A stretch of 64,000 bases of DNA from an uncultured delta proteobacterium (GCA_963806225.1 CAWDXG010000004.1:3648001-3712000); one strand, 5' to 3'; shown: positions 29,262-38,931, numbered from the stretch's first letter. Numbers and translations are program-made. The notes: generated by a model not told the origin, from the sequence alone.

Positions 29262-30997
29262 GATGCGTAGAGGGCCTCGAGCTGGTCCTTGAAGGCCTCG
29301 TAGATCTTCTTGCGCTTGAGCTTCAGCGTGGTCGTCATGAGCCCGCCCGCCACGGTGAGCGGAGTGTCCATGATGACGAAGCGCTTGACCTGTTCGTAGC
29401 GTGCGAGCTCCGCGTTGACCCGATCGATGCGCTCCTGCACCAGCGCCTGCAGGGCCTTGTTCCGTTCGCCTGGCTCCACGCCGCGCTGCAAAAGCTCCGC
29501 ATCGGCCGCCTCTGGGTCGAGCCATACGCCGGCAACCAGGTACTTCTTGCCGTCGCCGTACACGACCAGATGCGCGATCAGCGGGTCGTCCGCGAAGCGC
29601 AGCTCGATGTTCGCGGGCGGCACGTTCTTGCCGCCGGCCGTCACCAGGATCTCCTTCTTGCGGTCGATGATCTGCAAGAAGCCATCCTCGGTGAAGCGCC
29701 CCACGTCGCCCGTCTTCAGCCAGCCGTCCTCGGTGAAGGCCTCGCGCGTAGCGTCGGCATCCTTGTGATAGCCGCCGAACACGCTCTCGCCACGCGCCAG
29801 GATCTCGCCGTCCTCGGCCAGCTTCAGCTCGACCGACGGCAGGGGCTTGCCCACGGAGTCGAAACGGAATTCGCCGGGGCGATTGAGCGTGAGCGTCGGT
29901 GAGCATTCGCTGAGCCCGTAGCCTTCGATGATCAAGAGCCCCGAGTTGTAGAACAGCTCCTTCACCTCGCGCTTCAGGCCCGCGCCGCCCGACAGACAGA
30001 ACTTGAGCCGCCCGCCGGTGAGTTCGCAAAGCTTCGCCCGCTGCCGGTCGCGGTCGCTCTCCGACAGCGCCTGCATCGCGAGCTTTTCCCAGTAGGCCGG
30101 CACGCTCATGAACACGTTGGGCCTGACGCGCGGCAGTTCCGAAAGCGCGCTCGCCGGATCGGACAGGTACGTGGTGAAGCCCAGCGTGTTGCCCAGGCAG
30201 GCCTCGCCAAAGCCGAAGATGTGGCTCATCGGCAGCCAGAGCAGGTCCACGCCCTGTTCGTCGAGCAGCGGCGCATTGCAACGCAGCCAGTCGCGCCCGT
30301 TGACGCCCACGTTCCGGTGCGTCAGCGGGACGCCCTTGGGGTTGCCGGTCGTGCCGCTGGTGTAGAGCATCATGCCGGGCGCATCGAGCGAGATGGCGCC
30401 GAGCCGCTCGGCGAACTCGCCGGGCTTTTCCGCGTCGCGGGCGGCGCCGAGCGCCTGGACGCGCGACCACGACACGACCTTCTTCTCCACCTCCGCCGCA
30501 CCCGGCAGCTCGCGCCCGTCGGCGCGCAGCCCGGTCAGCACGTTTGCAGCGTCGAGGGCGTCGTCCAGCAGCACGATGCGTTCGACGTTCGCGTAGCGCG
30601 GCCACGCGCTGAAGATCCGCTCGAGCAGCGCGGCCGTATCCACAAACACGAAGCGCGCGTCGCTGTGTTCCACCACGTAGGCCGCCTGCTCCGCCGTGCT
30701 GGCCGGATAGATCGGCACCATCACGCCACCCGCCGCCTGGATGGCCAGCGCCGCGGCCATCCACTCGACGCGGTTCGGAGCGAAGACGGTCGCGCGGTCT
30801 CCCGGCTCTAGCCCCGCCGCCGCCAGGAACAGCGCTGCACGGCGGATGCTGTCGGCGAACGACCCCCACGTCACCGCGCGGTAGTCCCCGTCGCCGGTCG
30901 GCACCATGAAGCGCGGCCGGCTGCGTCGTTCCTCCAGCGCATCGAACACGGCGTGCGGCGCGCTCTTCAGCTCCATATAGGGCGTGATGTCCAACAT
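29258..30997 (-). CDS. Long-chain-fatty-acid--CoA ligase (AMP-dependent synthetase)
   Basis: [42 protein letters not shown]. Confidence 0.93.
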   Translation of the reverse strand: MLDITPYMELKSAPHAVFDALEERRSRPRFMVPTGDGDYRAVTWGSFADSIRRAALFLAAAGLEPGDRATVFAPNRVEWMAAALAIQAAGGVMVPIYPASTAEQAAYVVEHSDARFVFVDTAALLERIFSAWPRYANVERIVLLDDALDAANVLTGLRADGRELPGAAEVEKKVVSWSRVQALGAARDAEKPGEFAERLGAISLDAPGMMLYTSGTTGNPKGVPLTHRNVGVNGRDWLRCNAPLLDEQGVDLLWLPMSHIFGFGEACLGNTLGFTTYLSDPASALSELPRVRPNVFMSVPAYWEKLAMQALSESDRDRQRAKLCELTGGRLKFCLSGGAGLKREVKELFYNSGLLIIEGYGLSECSPTLTLNRPGEFRFDSVGKPLPSVELKLAEDGEILARGESVFGGYHKDADATREAFTEDGWLKTGDVGRFTEDGFLQIIDRKKEILVTAGGKNVPPANIELRFADDPLIAHLVVYGDGKKYLVAGVWLDPEAADAELLQRGVEPGERNKALQALVQERIDRVNAELARYEQVKRFVIMDTPLTVAGGLMTTTLKLKRKKIYEAFKDQLEALYAS

Positions 30998-31016
30998 GGC
31001 GGTACTCCTCCCCGCT

Positions 31017-31301
31017 TCAGCTCTTCAAGGCTTCGAGCTTTTCGTCCAGATCGTTCAGACGGCTCTCGAGCTGGTTCAACGCGTGCAGAGCCCGCTCCTG
31101 GTCACGCTTCGTGGGCAGACCCAGCCCGCCCCACCAGTTGGCCGCGGCGCGGTCGCCTGCGGTCTTCGCCTTCATCATGGCCGTGAGCCAGGCGCCCGCC
31201 GGCTCGAGCAACAGCGGGCTTTTCAGCCAGTGCTCGAGATACTCCGCCGTCGCGTTCTCCCAGCGGTCGAACCATTTCTTGCTCATATCCCAACCGAACA
31301 T
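31017..31301 (-). CDS. Short PhaE-like PHA synthase accessory subunit
   Basis: 94 aa; C-terminal [26 protein letters not shown] resembles the PhaE LPT-box plus coiled coil; same operon as phaC. Confidence 0.7.
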   Translation of the reverse strand: MFGWDMSKKWFDRWENATAEYLEHWLKSPLLLEPAGAWLTAMMKAKTAGDRAAANWWGGLGLPTKRDQERALHALNQLESRLNDLDEKLEALKS

Positions 31302-31319
31302 TGTCTCTGTCCTTCCGTT

Positions 31320-32174
31320 TCAGGGGTCGATGCCCAGGCGCCGCACCTCGGACGCCGTCGTGAAATCCGCTTTCGTCTCGTTCTGCAGGCTGGTGATGCG
31401 CGCCACCTCCGAGAAACACTCGAAGTAGAACGACACCTGCTCCTCGGTCGTGCTCGTGCCCACCGAGGGCTGGTTCGTCACCTTGGTGCGCACGCGGTGC
31501 ACCTGCGTGAAGGTCAGCTGCGGCAGCTTCAGCTCGCCCGTCGCGTCGTCGCTGACCTCGTAGATGTCCTTGCCGGCATAGGGCAGGCCGTGCAGAGTGC
31601 CGTTCTGGATGGTTCCCGTAGACACGAACTTCTCGCCGGGCGAAAGCGGGAACTTCAAGAGCGACACAGGCTGCTGGTAGACGAGCAGTGTGCGTCCGTC
31701 GGAGGGATCCTTCTTGCTCGAAGCGAGCCCCAGAAGCCGCACGGCCTGGTCGTCCTCGCTCAGGATCTGCTCGATGCTGCCCGCCGCATCGAAAGGCGCG
31801 ACGAACGCGCCCTTGGGGAACGACCCCTCGTACCATTTGCCCGCAATCGCCGTCGGCTCGATGTGGGCGAGCTGGTCGCTGGCGTAGTCGACCGACATGT
31901 CCCAGTAGTGGTTGCCCTTCGAGTCGACCGTCCCCGCCACGTTCACCGCTCTCTCGGTACCCGGCGGCGACACGAGGTACGACAGCGTAACGCCGATCGC
32001 CGGCTGGATCTCTGTCGCGTCGATCTGCCCGTCCAGGTTCGGCACGCAGCTCAGCTTCTGGGGCGGCGGCCCGGTGTAGGCGCCGCGCGCCTTGGGATTG
32101 GCTGCGCCGTCGCTACAGGCCGCGCACAGGAGCAGGGCCGCCGAGCACAGGACGAGAGTGCGAAGATCGTGCAT
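31320..32174 (-). CDS. Lipoprotein of unknown function (paralogue of 34806..35828)
   Basis: Lipobox LCAAC; CVPNLDGQIDATE, KWYEGSFP, FECFSEVARITS...FTTASEVRRL. Confidence 0.8.
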   Translation of the reverse strand: MHDLRTLVLCSAALLLCAACSDGAANPKARGAYTGPPPQKLSCVPNLDGQIDATEIQPAIGVTLSYLVSPPGTERAVNVAGTVDSKGNHYWDMSVDYASDQLAHIEPTAIAGKWYEGSFPKGAFVAPFDAAGSIEQILSEDDQAVRLLGLASSKKDPSDGRTLLVYQQPVSLLKFPLSPGEKFVSTGTIQNGTLHGLPYAGKDIYEVSDDATGELKLPQLTFTQVHRVRTKVTNQPSVGTSTTEEQVSFYFECFSEVARITSLQNETKADFTTASEVRRLGIDP

Positions 32175-32181
32175 GAAGCCC

Positions 32182-33783
32182 TCAGAACAGGAACGTGAAG
32201 CGCAGCCGCCAGATCTGCGCGGGCTGCGCCTTCTTGTGGAGCTCGGGATTGTCGAGGCCGGAGAGCGGGAACAGCGTGCCTTGCTCGAGCGCGAGCTCGA
32301 AACCGTCGCTGCTCATGTAGGCGAGCGTGGGATCGACCTCGACGCCGAGCGGCCGCTTCTGCCCGGGCGGCGACTGGGCGTTGACGGCCCAGGACGCGAT
32401 CACCGCCGCCCGCGCTTCCAGCGTGCCGCTGGAGACGTTGAACACGCTCAGCCGCGCGTGCGGACGCACGTACACCGCGTCCGTCACCGTGCCGATGATC
32501 TCGCGGAACAGGATGCGGTCCACGTGGTAGTCGGGATGGAAGCGGAAGTTGTTGACGGTGTTGTCGTAGGGCGGGTTCGATTGCGCGCCGTCGAGATCAC
32601 CCGGTTTCGGCGCCGCGGCGCCCGCCACCGGAAACGCACCGAACCCCGGCGCCGAGTCGCCGCTCGCGTAGCCCGCGTCGAGCCCCATCCCCACCGGGGC
32701 ATCGGCATCGCCGAAGTCGCTCTCGAGCGCCGCGCCGAGCTGGTTGGAGGTGACCGGGCTGTTCAGGAGCGCGCCGGGGATCAGCGAAGGCTGCGCGACG
32801 CGCGCGTGCAGCCACGCACCCTCCGCTTCGATTCGCACGTCGGGCGCCACCAGCCGCAGCCACAAGTCGATCGCGTCGGCATTGTAGCCGCGCACCATCA
32901 CCTGCGACGAATCGATGGGCACGGGCGCAGTCGTCGCCAGGTAGGTCGCGGGGATGTCGTTCTTCTGCCAGCGGTGCGAGTAGTACGCGCCGTAGTCGAA
33001 CGTGCCGAGCCCCGCCTTGCTCCGCCGCTGGAGCGCCTTGTTGGAGTGGTAGCGCATGAAGGCGAAGGTGAGCGTGTGCACGTTGACGCTCGGCGCGAAG
33101 TCGATGCTCCGCGTGCCGGTGCGGCCCGGCACGACCGGCCCCGTCGCGGAAAAGTCGTACGCCGCCGCCAGCAGGTGCCCGAGCAACGGCGTCACGAACG
33201 CGACGCGGTCGACCGCGTCGCCGCTGTCGCAGTCGCTGCAGTCGCCGCCGTTCGTGAGCATACCGAGCCCCCATTGGCTGCCCATGCGGCCGGCAGCGAG
33301 CAGGCCGAAGGGCGTGAGCGCTTCGCCGTAGACGCGCTTGATGCGGACGGGCGTGGGCGACGCCTTTTGCGTCGTCGTGCCGGCTGGAATGCCCTCCGGC
33401 GCGCTGCCGAGCGCGACGTTGTCGAGCGAGTCGATGCGCGCCTTGACGGCCAGCCCGCCACCGGGCGCGTAGACCGCGAAGTCGGTGCGCAGCCGCATGT
33501 CGCCGCGCGTCAGCGTCTGCGCGTTGGGATCCGCCAGCGGCACCGGGTACAGAAGCTGCCCCGACGGCGTAGGCCCACGGCCCAGGTCGAGGTTCGTGAG
33601 CGCCTCGAGGCGCAGCCGGTAGTAGCCGGTGACCTTGACGATGTGCTTCGGCGCGTGGCGCAGGTCCTCGCCGTGATCCGAAAGGCCCGTCGCCTGCGCG
33701 GGCGGCGCCGCCGTCACCGCGAGCAGCAGCAGGAGTGCGGCAGTCCGCACCCTGGTCGCTGCTCTGGCAACGGCGCCCGGCAT
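32182..33783 (-). CDS. TIGR04551-type myxobacterial outer-membrane beta-barrel protein
   Basis: Signal peptide; GYYRLR, AGRMGSQWGLGMLTNGG, NFRFHPDYHVDRILFREIIGTVTDAVYVRPH; terminal FTFLF. Confidence 0.8.
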   Translation of the reverse strand: MPGAVARAATRVRTAALLLLLAVTAAPPAQATGLSDHGEDLRHAPKHIVKVTGYYRLRLEALTNLDLGRGPTPSGQLLYPVPLADPNAQTLTRGDMRLRTDFAVYAPGGGLAVKARIDSLDNVALGSAPEGIPAGTTTQKASPTPVRIKRVYGEALTPFGLLAAGRMGSQWGLGMLTNGGDCSDCDSGDAVDRVAFVTPLLGHLLAAAYDFSATGPVVPGRTGTRSIDFAPSVNVHTLTFAFMRYHSNKALQRRSKAGLGTFDYGAYYSHRWQKNDIPATYLATTAPVPIDSSQVMVRGYNADAIDLWLRLVAPDVRIEAEGAWLHARVAQPSLIPGALLNSPVTSNQLGAALESDFGDADAPVGMGLDAGYASGDSAPGFGAFPVAGAAAPKPGDLDGAQSNPPYDNTVNNFRFHPDYHVDRILFREIIGTVTDAVYVRPHARLSVFNVSSGTLEARAAVIASWAVNAQSPPGQKRPLGVEVDPTLAYMSSDGFELALEQGTLFPLSGLDNPELHKKAQPAQIWRLRFTFLF

Positions 33784-33786
33784 GGC

Positions 33787-34809
33787 TCAGGATCCACTCT
33801 CCGGGGGCTTGGCTGCTGGCGGCACCGGCTCGGTCTCCGGCGCAGCTGCGGGCGCGGGCGCGGGTGCTGGCGCCGGAGCGGGGCGCGCGGGCGTGGGTTC
33901 GGCCGAAGCGGTCGCGCTGTCGCCTATGAAGTGCACGAGATCGCGCGTCGAAGCCGACGCCGCCTCGATCATCGGGAAGTGCCCGCAGCGCGGGTACACG
34001 ATAAGCTTCGAGTCGGGCAGGTCGCGGAGCAGCCGGTTCGCAACCGAGACCGGCGCCACGCGATCGTCACGCCCCCACAGGAGCAGGACCGGCTTGTCGA
34101 TCTTCTTGTAGCTCCGCTGTACGGCGTAGAAGCGCTGCCCGCGCACCGCCGCCAGCGCCGCGGCCGTGGTGCCTGGACGGTCGAGCGCCGCCTTCACCTC
34201 GTCGACGAGCTGCTGGGTGACGTAGCGCTGATCGTAGAAGGCCGCCGACATCTTCTCGGCGGGAAGCTCTTTGTAGTACAGGCCGAACAGCACCTCGCCG
34301 AGCCCGTCCGCGCGCGCCCACTGGAAGGTGCTCGGCAGCTGCTCCTCGTACACCCAGGCGTCATACAGCGCGATCCGCGTCACCCGCTCCGGGTGGGCGA
34401 GCGCCATCGCCAGCGCGACCGAGCAGCCCCAGGAATGGGCGACCACGGCGGCGCGATCCACCTTGCGTTGGCTCAGCAGATCAAACACAAGCTTGGCCTG
34501 CGCGCGGGGCGAGTAGTCACCCGGCGGACGACCGGTCCAGCCGAATCCCTTCAGGTCCAGCGCGATCACCCGATGCTTCTTCGCGAGCACCGGGATGATG
34601 CCGTTCCAGGTGTCGAGCGACGACGCGAAGCCGTGCAGGAGCACCACAGCGGGGCCCTTGCCGACATCGACGTAGCGCACACGCACGCCGTCGACCTGGG
34701 CGAACGTCGCGTGCTTCGGCTCCCCCGACATGGCTCCGCGATGGAATGCTGGCATGCAACCTGTGACGAGCAGGACAAGAAGGACTGGAAGCCAGAGCGC
34801 ACGCTTCAT
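33787..34809 (-). CDS. Alpha/beta-hydrolase lipoprotein (esterase/lipase/depolymerase-like)
   Basis: Lipobox LVTGC; LLHGF oxyanion motif, AHSWG nucleophile elbow, GRDDRV (Asp), GHFP (His); Pro/Ala tail. Confidence 0.88.
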   Translation of the reverse strand: MKRALWLPVLLVLLVTGCMPAFHRGAMSGEPKHATFAQVDGVRVRYVDVGKGPAVVLLHGFASSLDTWNGIIPVLAKKHRVIALDLKGFGWTGRPPGDYSPRAQAKLVFDLLSQRKVDRAAVVAHSWGCSVALAMALAHPERVTRIALYDAWVYEEQLPSTFQWARADGLGEVLFGLYYKELPAEKMSAAFYDQRYVTQQLVDEVKAALDRPGTTAAALAAVRGQRFYAVQRSYKKIDKPVLLLWGRDDRVAPVSVANRLLRDLPDSKLIVYPRCGHFPMIEAASASTRDLVHFIGDSATASAEPTPARPAPAPAPAPAPAAAPETEPVPPAAKPPESGS

Positions 34810-35828
34810 GGCGTCAGCCTCTGCACCTCGGCAGCGGTCGTGAACTCGGCGTTCGACTCGTTGTCCTTCGAGACGATCGAGGCGATCGTTCCGAAGCATT
34901 CAGTGGTGAAGAGATACGTGCGCACCGTGGTGGTCACGAGCCCCACCGTGCGCGTCAGCACGACCGCTGTCCGCAGCACCGGGAAGTCGGCAAAGGGCGT
35001 CTTCATCGTGCCCTCCGCGTCGATCTTGTAGGCGTACTTCTCGGTGTAGTTCACCGGAAGCCCCTGTGCGAAACCGGTCACGTTGGACGTGGAGTTCCAC
35101 GTCTTGCCCATCTTCAGCGGGAACGCGAGCACCGTCACCGCAGGCGAATACTTGAGCTGGGTCCGTGTCGCCCCGCTGTTCGGCGACACCACGCCCATGA
35201 GTTGGAGCGACGTGCTGTTGATCTGGAACACGCCGAGCAGGCTCTGCGTATCGGACAGCTTCGAGGCGTAGCTGGCTCCCGGATAGTTCTTCTCGTACCA
35301 GGTGCCCTTCACCGACTGCGTCGCGACCAGCGCCAGGTGATCGCCCGGCAGGCTGCCGCTCAGGTCCCACGTGAGGGTCCCCCCGGACTGCGTGCCGGCG
35401 GTGTCGACCGACACGTTCTCGGCCGCCATGAACTTCGCGCTGAGCCCCGCCATGAGCGGCACTTCCTTGCGCTCGATCACACCGTCGTGGTTCGGGCAGC
35501 ACGCGGTCGTGCAACCGCCCGCGCCCGCGCTGCCGCCGCTGCCGCCCGTGCTCGTCCCGCCCGTGCCGCCGGTTCCCGCATCGGAGGACTGGCCCGCAGC
35601 ACCGGACGCGCCGCCGCTGGCGCCGGCCGCAGCGCTGCCGCCGGCGCCGCCCGTCGCTGCCACGCAGCGTCCGGCCTGGCAGGCACCGGAGGCACAGTCC
35701 GCCCCGACGCTGCACTCGCCGGTCCCGCCGGCGGCCGCGCTGCAACCGCTGCCGCCCGCAACGAGGAGCGTGAAGGCCAGCATGGCCGCGACCGCTGTCG
35801 GTCCCGCTTGCTTGATTGGACGGCGCAT
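34806..35828 (-). CDS. Lipoprotein of unknown function with Cys/Gly-rich N-terminal linker (paralogue of 31320..32174)
   Basis: GSGC lipobox-like; CPNHDGVIERKE, TWYEKNYP, TECFGTIASIVS...FTTAAEVQRL. Confidence 0.8.
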   Translation of the reverse strand: MRRPIKQAGPTAVAAMLAFTLLVAGGSGCSAAAGGTGECSVGADCASGACQAGRCVAATGGAGGSAAAGASGGASGAAGQSSDAGTGGTGGTSTGGSGGSAGAGGCTTACCPNHDGVIERKEVPLMAGLSAKFMAAENVSVDTAGTQSGGTLTWDLSGSLPGDHLALVATQSVKGTWYEKNYPGASYASKLSDTQSLLGVFQINSTSLQLMGVVSPNSGATRTQLKYSPAVTVLAFPLKMGKTWNSTSNVTGFAQGLPVNYTEKYAYKIDAEGTMKTPFADFPVLRTAVVLTRTVGLVTTTVRTYLFTTECFGTIASIVSKDNESNAEFTTAAEVQRLTP

Positions 35829-35844
35829 CGACCCGCCTCCTTGT

Positions 35845-35972
35845 TGCGCTGCACCACGCAGCCGTGCCGACCTACCTATACCCGGACATAATGTGCGTCA
35901 AGTGCCATTTTGCGGCGCAGCATAGAACGGCCTTGCCATGGCTCGTCGCGGGGGTCATGATGCTGCATCGCA
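35845..35972. promoter_or_regulatory. Divergent promoter region with three PhaR-type TGC-N3-GCA boxes
   Basis: TGCGCTGCACCA (35845-35856), TGCGGCGCAGCA (35911-35922), and TGCGATGCAGCA on the minus strand (35961-35972). A minus-strand TTGACG at 35896-35901 lies between the first two. Confidence 0.7.
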
Positions 35973-35974
35973 AT

Positions 35975-36526
35975 ATGAGCACCGTGGTCGTCAAGAAGTA
36001 CAGCAACCGGCGCCTCTACGACACCGACGCCAGCAAGTACATCACGCAGGAGGAGCTGACGGGGAAGATCCGCGGCGGCTCGGACGTGCGCGTGGTGGAC
36101 GCCAAGAGCGGCGAGGATCTGACGCAGGCCATGCTGACACAGATCATCCTCGAGACGCCGGCCGCCAGGATGCTGCCCGTGCCGCTTCTGATGCAGCTCA
36201 TCCGCATGCAGGACGACGCGCTCGGCGAGTTCTTCGGCAAGTACATGACCGGAGCGCTGGAACTGTACCTGTCGGCCAAGCAGGGGGCGCAGGCCGTCGC
36301 GCCGTACTTCCCGTTCGCAACCATGCCGTTCAGCGCCGGCGACGCGCTCGCGCGCATGGTGTCGAACCGCCTGTGGGGCCAGCAGCCGCCCGCACCGCCC
36401 CCCACGCCTTCCCCCGAAGCCGAAGAACCGGTCTCGCGCGCCCAGGAAGCCGACGACATCGCCGAGCTGCGCCGCGAGCTGGCCGATCTCAAGCGCGAGA
36501 TCCGCGGCAGCAAGCGCAAACGCTGA
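35975..36526 (+). CDS. phaR: PHA synthesis repressor PhaR
   Basis: VVKKYSNRRLYDTDASKYIT, VRVVDAKSGEDLTQAMLTQIILE, LPVPLLMQLIR. Confidence 0.92.
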   Translation: MSTVVVKKYSNRRLYDTDASKYITQEELTGKIRGGSDVRVVDAKSGEDLTQAMLTQIILETPAARMLPVPLLMQLIRMQDDALGEFFGKYMTGALELYLSAKQGAQAVAPYFPFATMPFSAGDALARMVSNRLWGQQPPAPPPTPSPEAEEPVSRAQEADDIAELRRELADLKREIRGSKRKR

Positions 36527-36610
36527 ACCACCACCCCAGGCTTTCGCGCGCGCGCTTTCGCACGTTGACCGTCGCAGCCACGCCAGCGTCCGACACCGGG
36601 CCGGAGGGGA

Positions 36611-36652
36611 AGTCGGGTAGGCCCGGGCGTTGCCGCCCGGGCCTACCCGACT
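36611..36652. repeat. Perfect 19-bp inverted repeat (GTAG-containing, REP-like or terminator-like hairpin)
   Basis: AGTCGGGTAGGCCCGGGCG-TTGC-CGCCCGGGCCTACCCGACT; no U-tract on either side. Confidence 0.75.
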
Positions 36653-36703
36653 GAATCCCCGAAGCGCTGCAGGTCGCGGGGCGTCGCTCGGCCGGAAAGG
36701 CAT

Positions 36704-36789
36704 TGCGCCGCACAAACAAAAATGTTGCGGTGCAACAAAATCGGCTTGACAGGGTCCCTGGCGGGACCTAGCTTCGCGGCGCCGCACAA
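36704..36789 (+). promoter_or_regulatory. Sigma-70 promoter of the phasin-phaC operon flanked by PhaR-type boxes
   Basis: TTGACA (36746-36751)-N17-TAGCTT (36769-36774). Boxes: TGCGCCGCACAA (36704-36715), palindrome TGTTGC-GGT-GCAACA (36723-36737), GGCGCCGCACAA (36778-36789). Confidence 0.8.
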
Positions 36790-36827
36790 GGAAACCAAAG
36801 CAAATCGTGCGGAAAGGGAGAAGGATC

Positions 36828-37094
36828 ATGTTCAATTTCGGTTTTTCGCAGCCGCAGCAATTCATGGACGCCTGGACCAAGCTGGCCAAGCAGCAGGTCG
36901 AGCGCATGGAGGCCATGACCGCCGAGCTCGCCAAGCTCGAGGGGCAGAGCATCACCCGCGCCCACGACGCCGTGGACGAGGCCGCCAAGCTCATGAAGGA
37001 GTCGATGAGCTACGCCAGCCAGCTGTCCGCCGAGTGGCGCAAGCTCGGCTTCGAGGCGATCTCCAAGAGCGCCGACGCGGTGACAGGAGCCTGA
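36828..37094 (+). CDS. Phasin-like (PHA granule-associated) protein
   Basis: AAGGA RBS; 88-aa Ala-rich amphipathic helical protein directly behind a PhaR-boxed promoter and before phaC. Confidence 0.7.
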   Translation: MFNFGFSQPQQFMDAWTKLAKQQVERMEAMTAELAKLEGQSITRAHDAVDEAAKLMKESMSYASQLSAEWRKLGFEAISKSADAVTGA

Positions 37095-37099
37095 TAGGG

Positions 37100-38068
37100 A
37101 TGGTCACCGCGCCCACGCCCCGCGACACGCTGTTCTGCGAGGGCACTGCAGCGCTGTACCGGTTCCGTTCCCCGGAAAAGCCCGGGGAGCGGCCGCCGGT
37201 GCTGCTCGTGCCGTCGCTCATCAACCGCTGGTACGTGCTCGACCTCAGGCCCGGAGCCAGCGTCGTCGAGGCGCTGCTCGACGCGGGGCTCGACGTCTAC
37301 TGCCTCGACTGGGGCATCCCGCACGACGAGGACCGCTATCTGGAGTGGGATAGCGTCGTCGCCCGCGTCGGGCGCATGGTGCGGCGCGTCTCGCGCGAGA
37401 CGGGAGTGTCGCGCATCGGCCTGCTCGGATACTGCATCGGCGGCACGCTCACCGCCATCCACACCGCGCTCGAGCCCGACTCCGTCGCGGCACTGGTCAA
37501 CCTCGCCGGTCCCATCGACTTCGAGCACGCGGGCTTCCTCGGCACCATGACCGATCCGCGCTGGTTCGATCCGCACGCGATCGCCGAGGCCGGCAATATC
37601 AGCGCCCAGCAGATGCAGAGCGGCTTCATCGCACTGCGTCCCACCTCGCAGATCGCCAAGTGGGTCGCCTTCTTCGAGCGGCTCGAGGATCCGCAGCGGC
37701 TCGAAGCCTTCCAGGCGCTCGAGCAGTGGGCGAGCGAGAACATCCCGTTCCCGGGCGCGGCCTACGTCCGCTACATCCGCGAACTCTACCAGCAGAACCA
37801 GCTCGTACGCGGCGAGCACCACATCGGCGGACGGCGCGTGGACCTCGGCAACATCAAATGCCCGCTGCTCACCATCGTCACTGAACGCGACGCCATCTGT
37901 CCGCCACCCGCGGCGCGCGCCCTGGGCGAGAGCTCGGGTTCGCTTGACACCTCGGTGCTGTCGATCCCCGGCGGTCACGTCGGCGCCGTGGTAGGCAAGC
38001 GCGCATCGAAGGAGCTCTACCCGAAGCTCGGCGAGTGGCTGCGCGAGAAGATCAACACAAGCGGCTGA
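37100..38068 (+). CDS. phaC: Class III-type PHA synthase catalytic subunit (copy 2)
   Basis: PTPRD..., VPSLINRWYVLDL, LDWG, GYCIGG (Cys), RDAICP (Asp), GGHVG (His). Confidence 0.88.
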   Translation: MVTAPTPRDTLFCEGTAALYRFRSPEKPGERPPVLLVPSLINRWYVLDLRPGASVVEALLDAGLDVYCLDWGIPHDEDRYLEWDSVVARVGRMVRRVSRETGVSRIGLLGYCIGGTLTAIHTALEPDSVAALVNLAGPIDFEHAGFLGTMTDPRWFDPHAIAEAGNISAQQMQSGFIALRPTSQIAKWVAFFERLEDPQRLEAFQALEQWASENIPFPGAAYVRYIRELYQQNQLVRGEHHIGGRRVDLGNIKCPLLTIVTERDAICPPPAARALGESSGSLDTSVLSIPGGHVGAVVGKRASKELYPKLGEWLREKINTSG

Positions 38069-38091
38069 ACTGCCCCGAAAGAAGGCCCCCA

Positions 38092-38838
38092 ATGAAACTG
38101 GAAGATCTGAAAATCATCGTCACCGGCGGCGCACGCGGCATGGGTGCGTATTTCGCCAGGCAGCTCAGCGAGGCGGGCGCCCGCGTCGCCGCCGGCGACG
38201 TGGACGAAGCCGGCCTCGCCGAGCTCCCCGCTACCGTCGAAAAGCGGCGGCTCGACGTCTCCAACGCCGAGGACTGCGAAGCGTTCGTGAAGTGGGCCGA
38301 CGACACGCTCGGCGGCGTCAACGCGCTCGTCAACAACGCCGGCATCATCCGCGACGGTCTGCTCGTCAAGCGCGACAGGAAGACCGGCGAGATCACGACG
38401 CTGTCCACCGAGGACTGGAACGCCGTCATCGGCGTGAACCTGAGCGGCGCGACCTTCATGTCGCGCGAGCTCGTGCGACGCATGGCCGAGCGCGAGACGC
38501 GCCCGGGCGTCATCGTCAACATCTCGAGCGTGTCGCGCCACGGCAACCGCGGGCAGTCGAACTACGTCGCCGCCAAGAGCGCCCTGGCCGCCAACACGGT
38601 GACCTGGGCGCGCGAGTTCGCCAAGTTCGGCGTCCGCGTCGGCGCCATCGCTCCGGGCATGATCGAGACGCCCATGACCCAGGGCATGAACCAGAAGGCC
38701 CGCGACGCCCTGGTCGCCGCCATCCCGGTCGGGCGCATCGGCGTCCCCGAGGACATCTGGCTCGCCGTGCGCTTTGCCCTGGAGTGCGACTACTTCAACG
38801 GCCGCTGCCTGGACGTCGACGGCGGCCTGGTGATGTAG
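38092..38838 (+). CDS. Short-chain 3-oxoacyl-(CoA/ACP) reductase (FabG/PhaB-like)
   Basis: TGGARGMG, NNAGIIRDGLL, YVAAK (YxxxK), APGMIET, VDGG. Confidence 0.88.
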   Translation: MKLEDLKIIVTGGARGMGAYFARQLSEAGARVAAGDVDEAGLAELPATVEKRRLDVSNAEDCEAFVKWADDTLGGVNALVNNAGIIRDGLLVKRDRKTGEITTLSTEDWNAVIGVNLSGATFMSRELVRRMAERETRPGVIVNISSVSRHGNRGQSNYVAAKSALAANTVTWAREFAKFGVRVGAIAPGMIETPMTQGMNQKARDALVAAIPVGRIGVPEDIWLAVRFALECDYFNGRCLDVDGGLVM

Positions 38839-38931
38839 GGAACCCCGCGCGGGGAGCCCGGCGCACAGTGCATCCGCGCCGCCACGACACGCCGATTTGG
38901 CGGCGCGTCGCGGCGGCGCTATGCGCTGTCC

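Noticed and set aside
29262..30869. 877-aa ORF 28236..30869 as a ligase-PhaC fusion
   Set aside because: The upstream part is an off-frame overlap of the CoA ligase; phaC starts at the ATGA overlap at 29261.
32092..35031. 979-aa + strand ORF
   Set aside because: Antisense shadow of the barrel and hydrolase genes.
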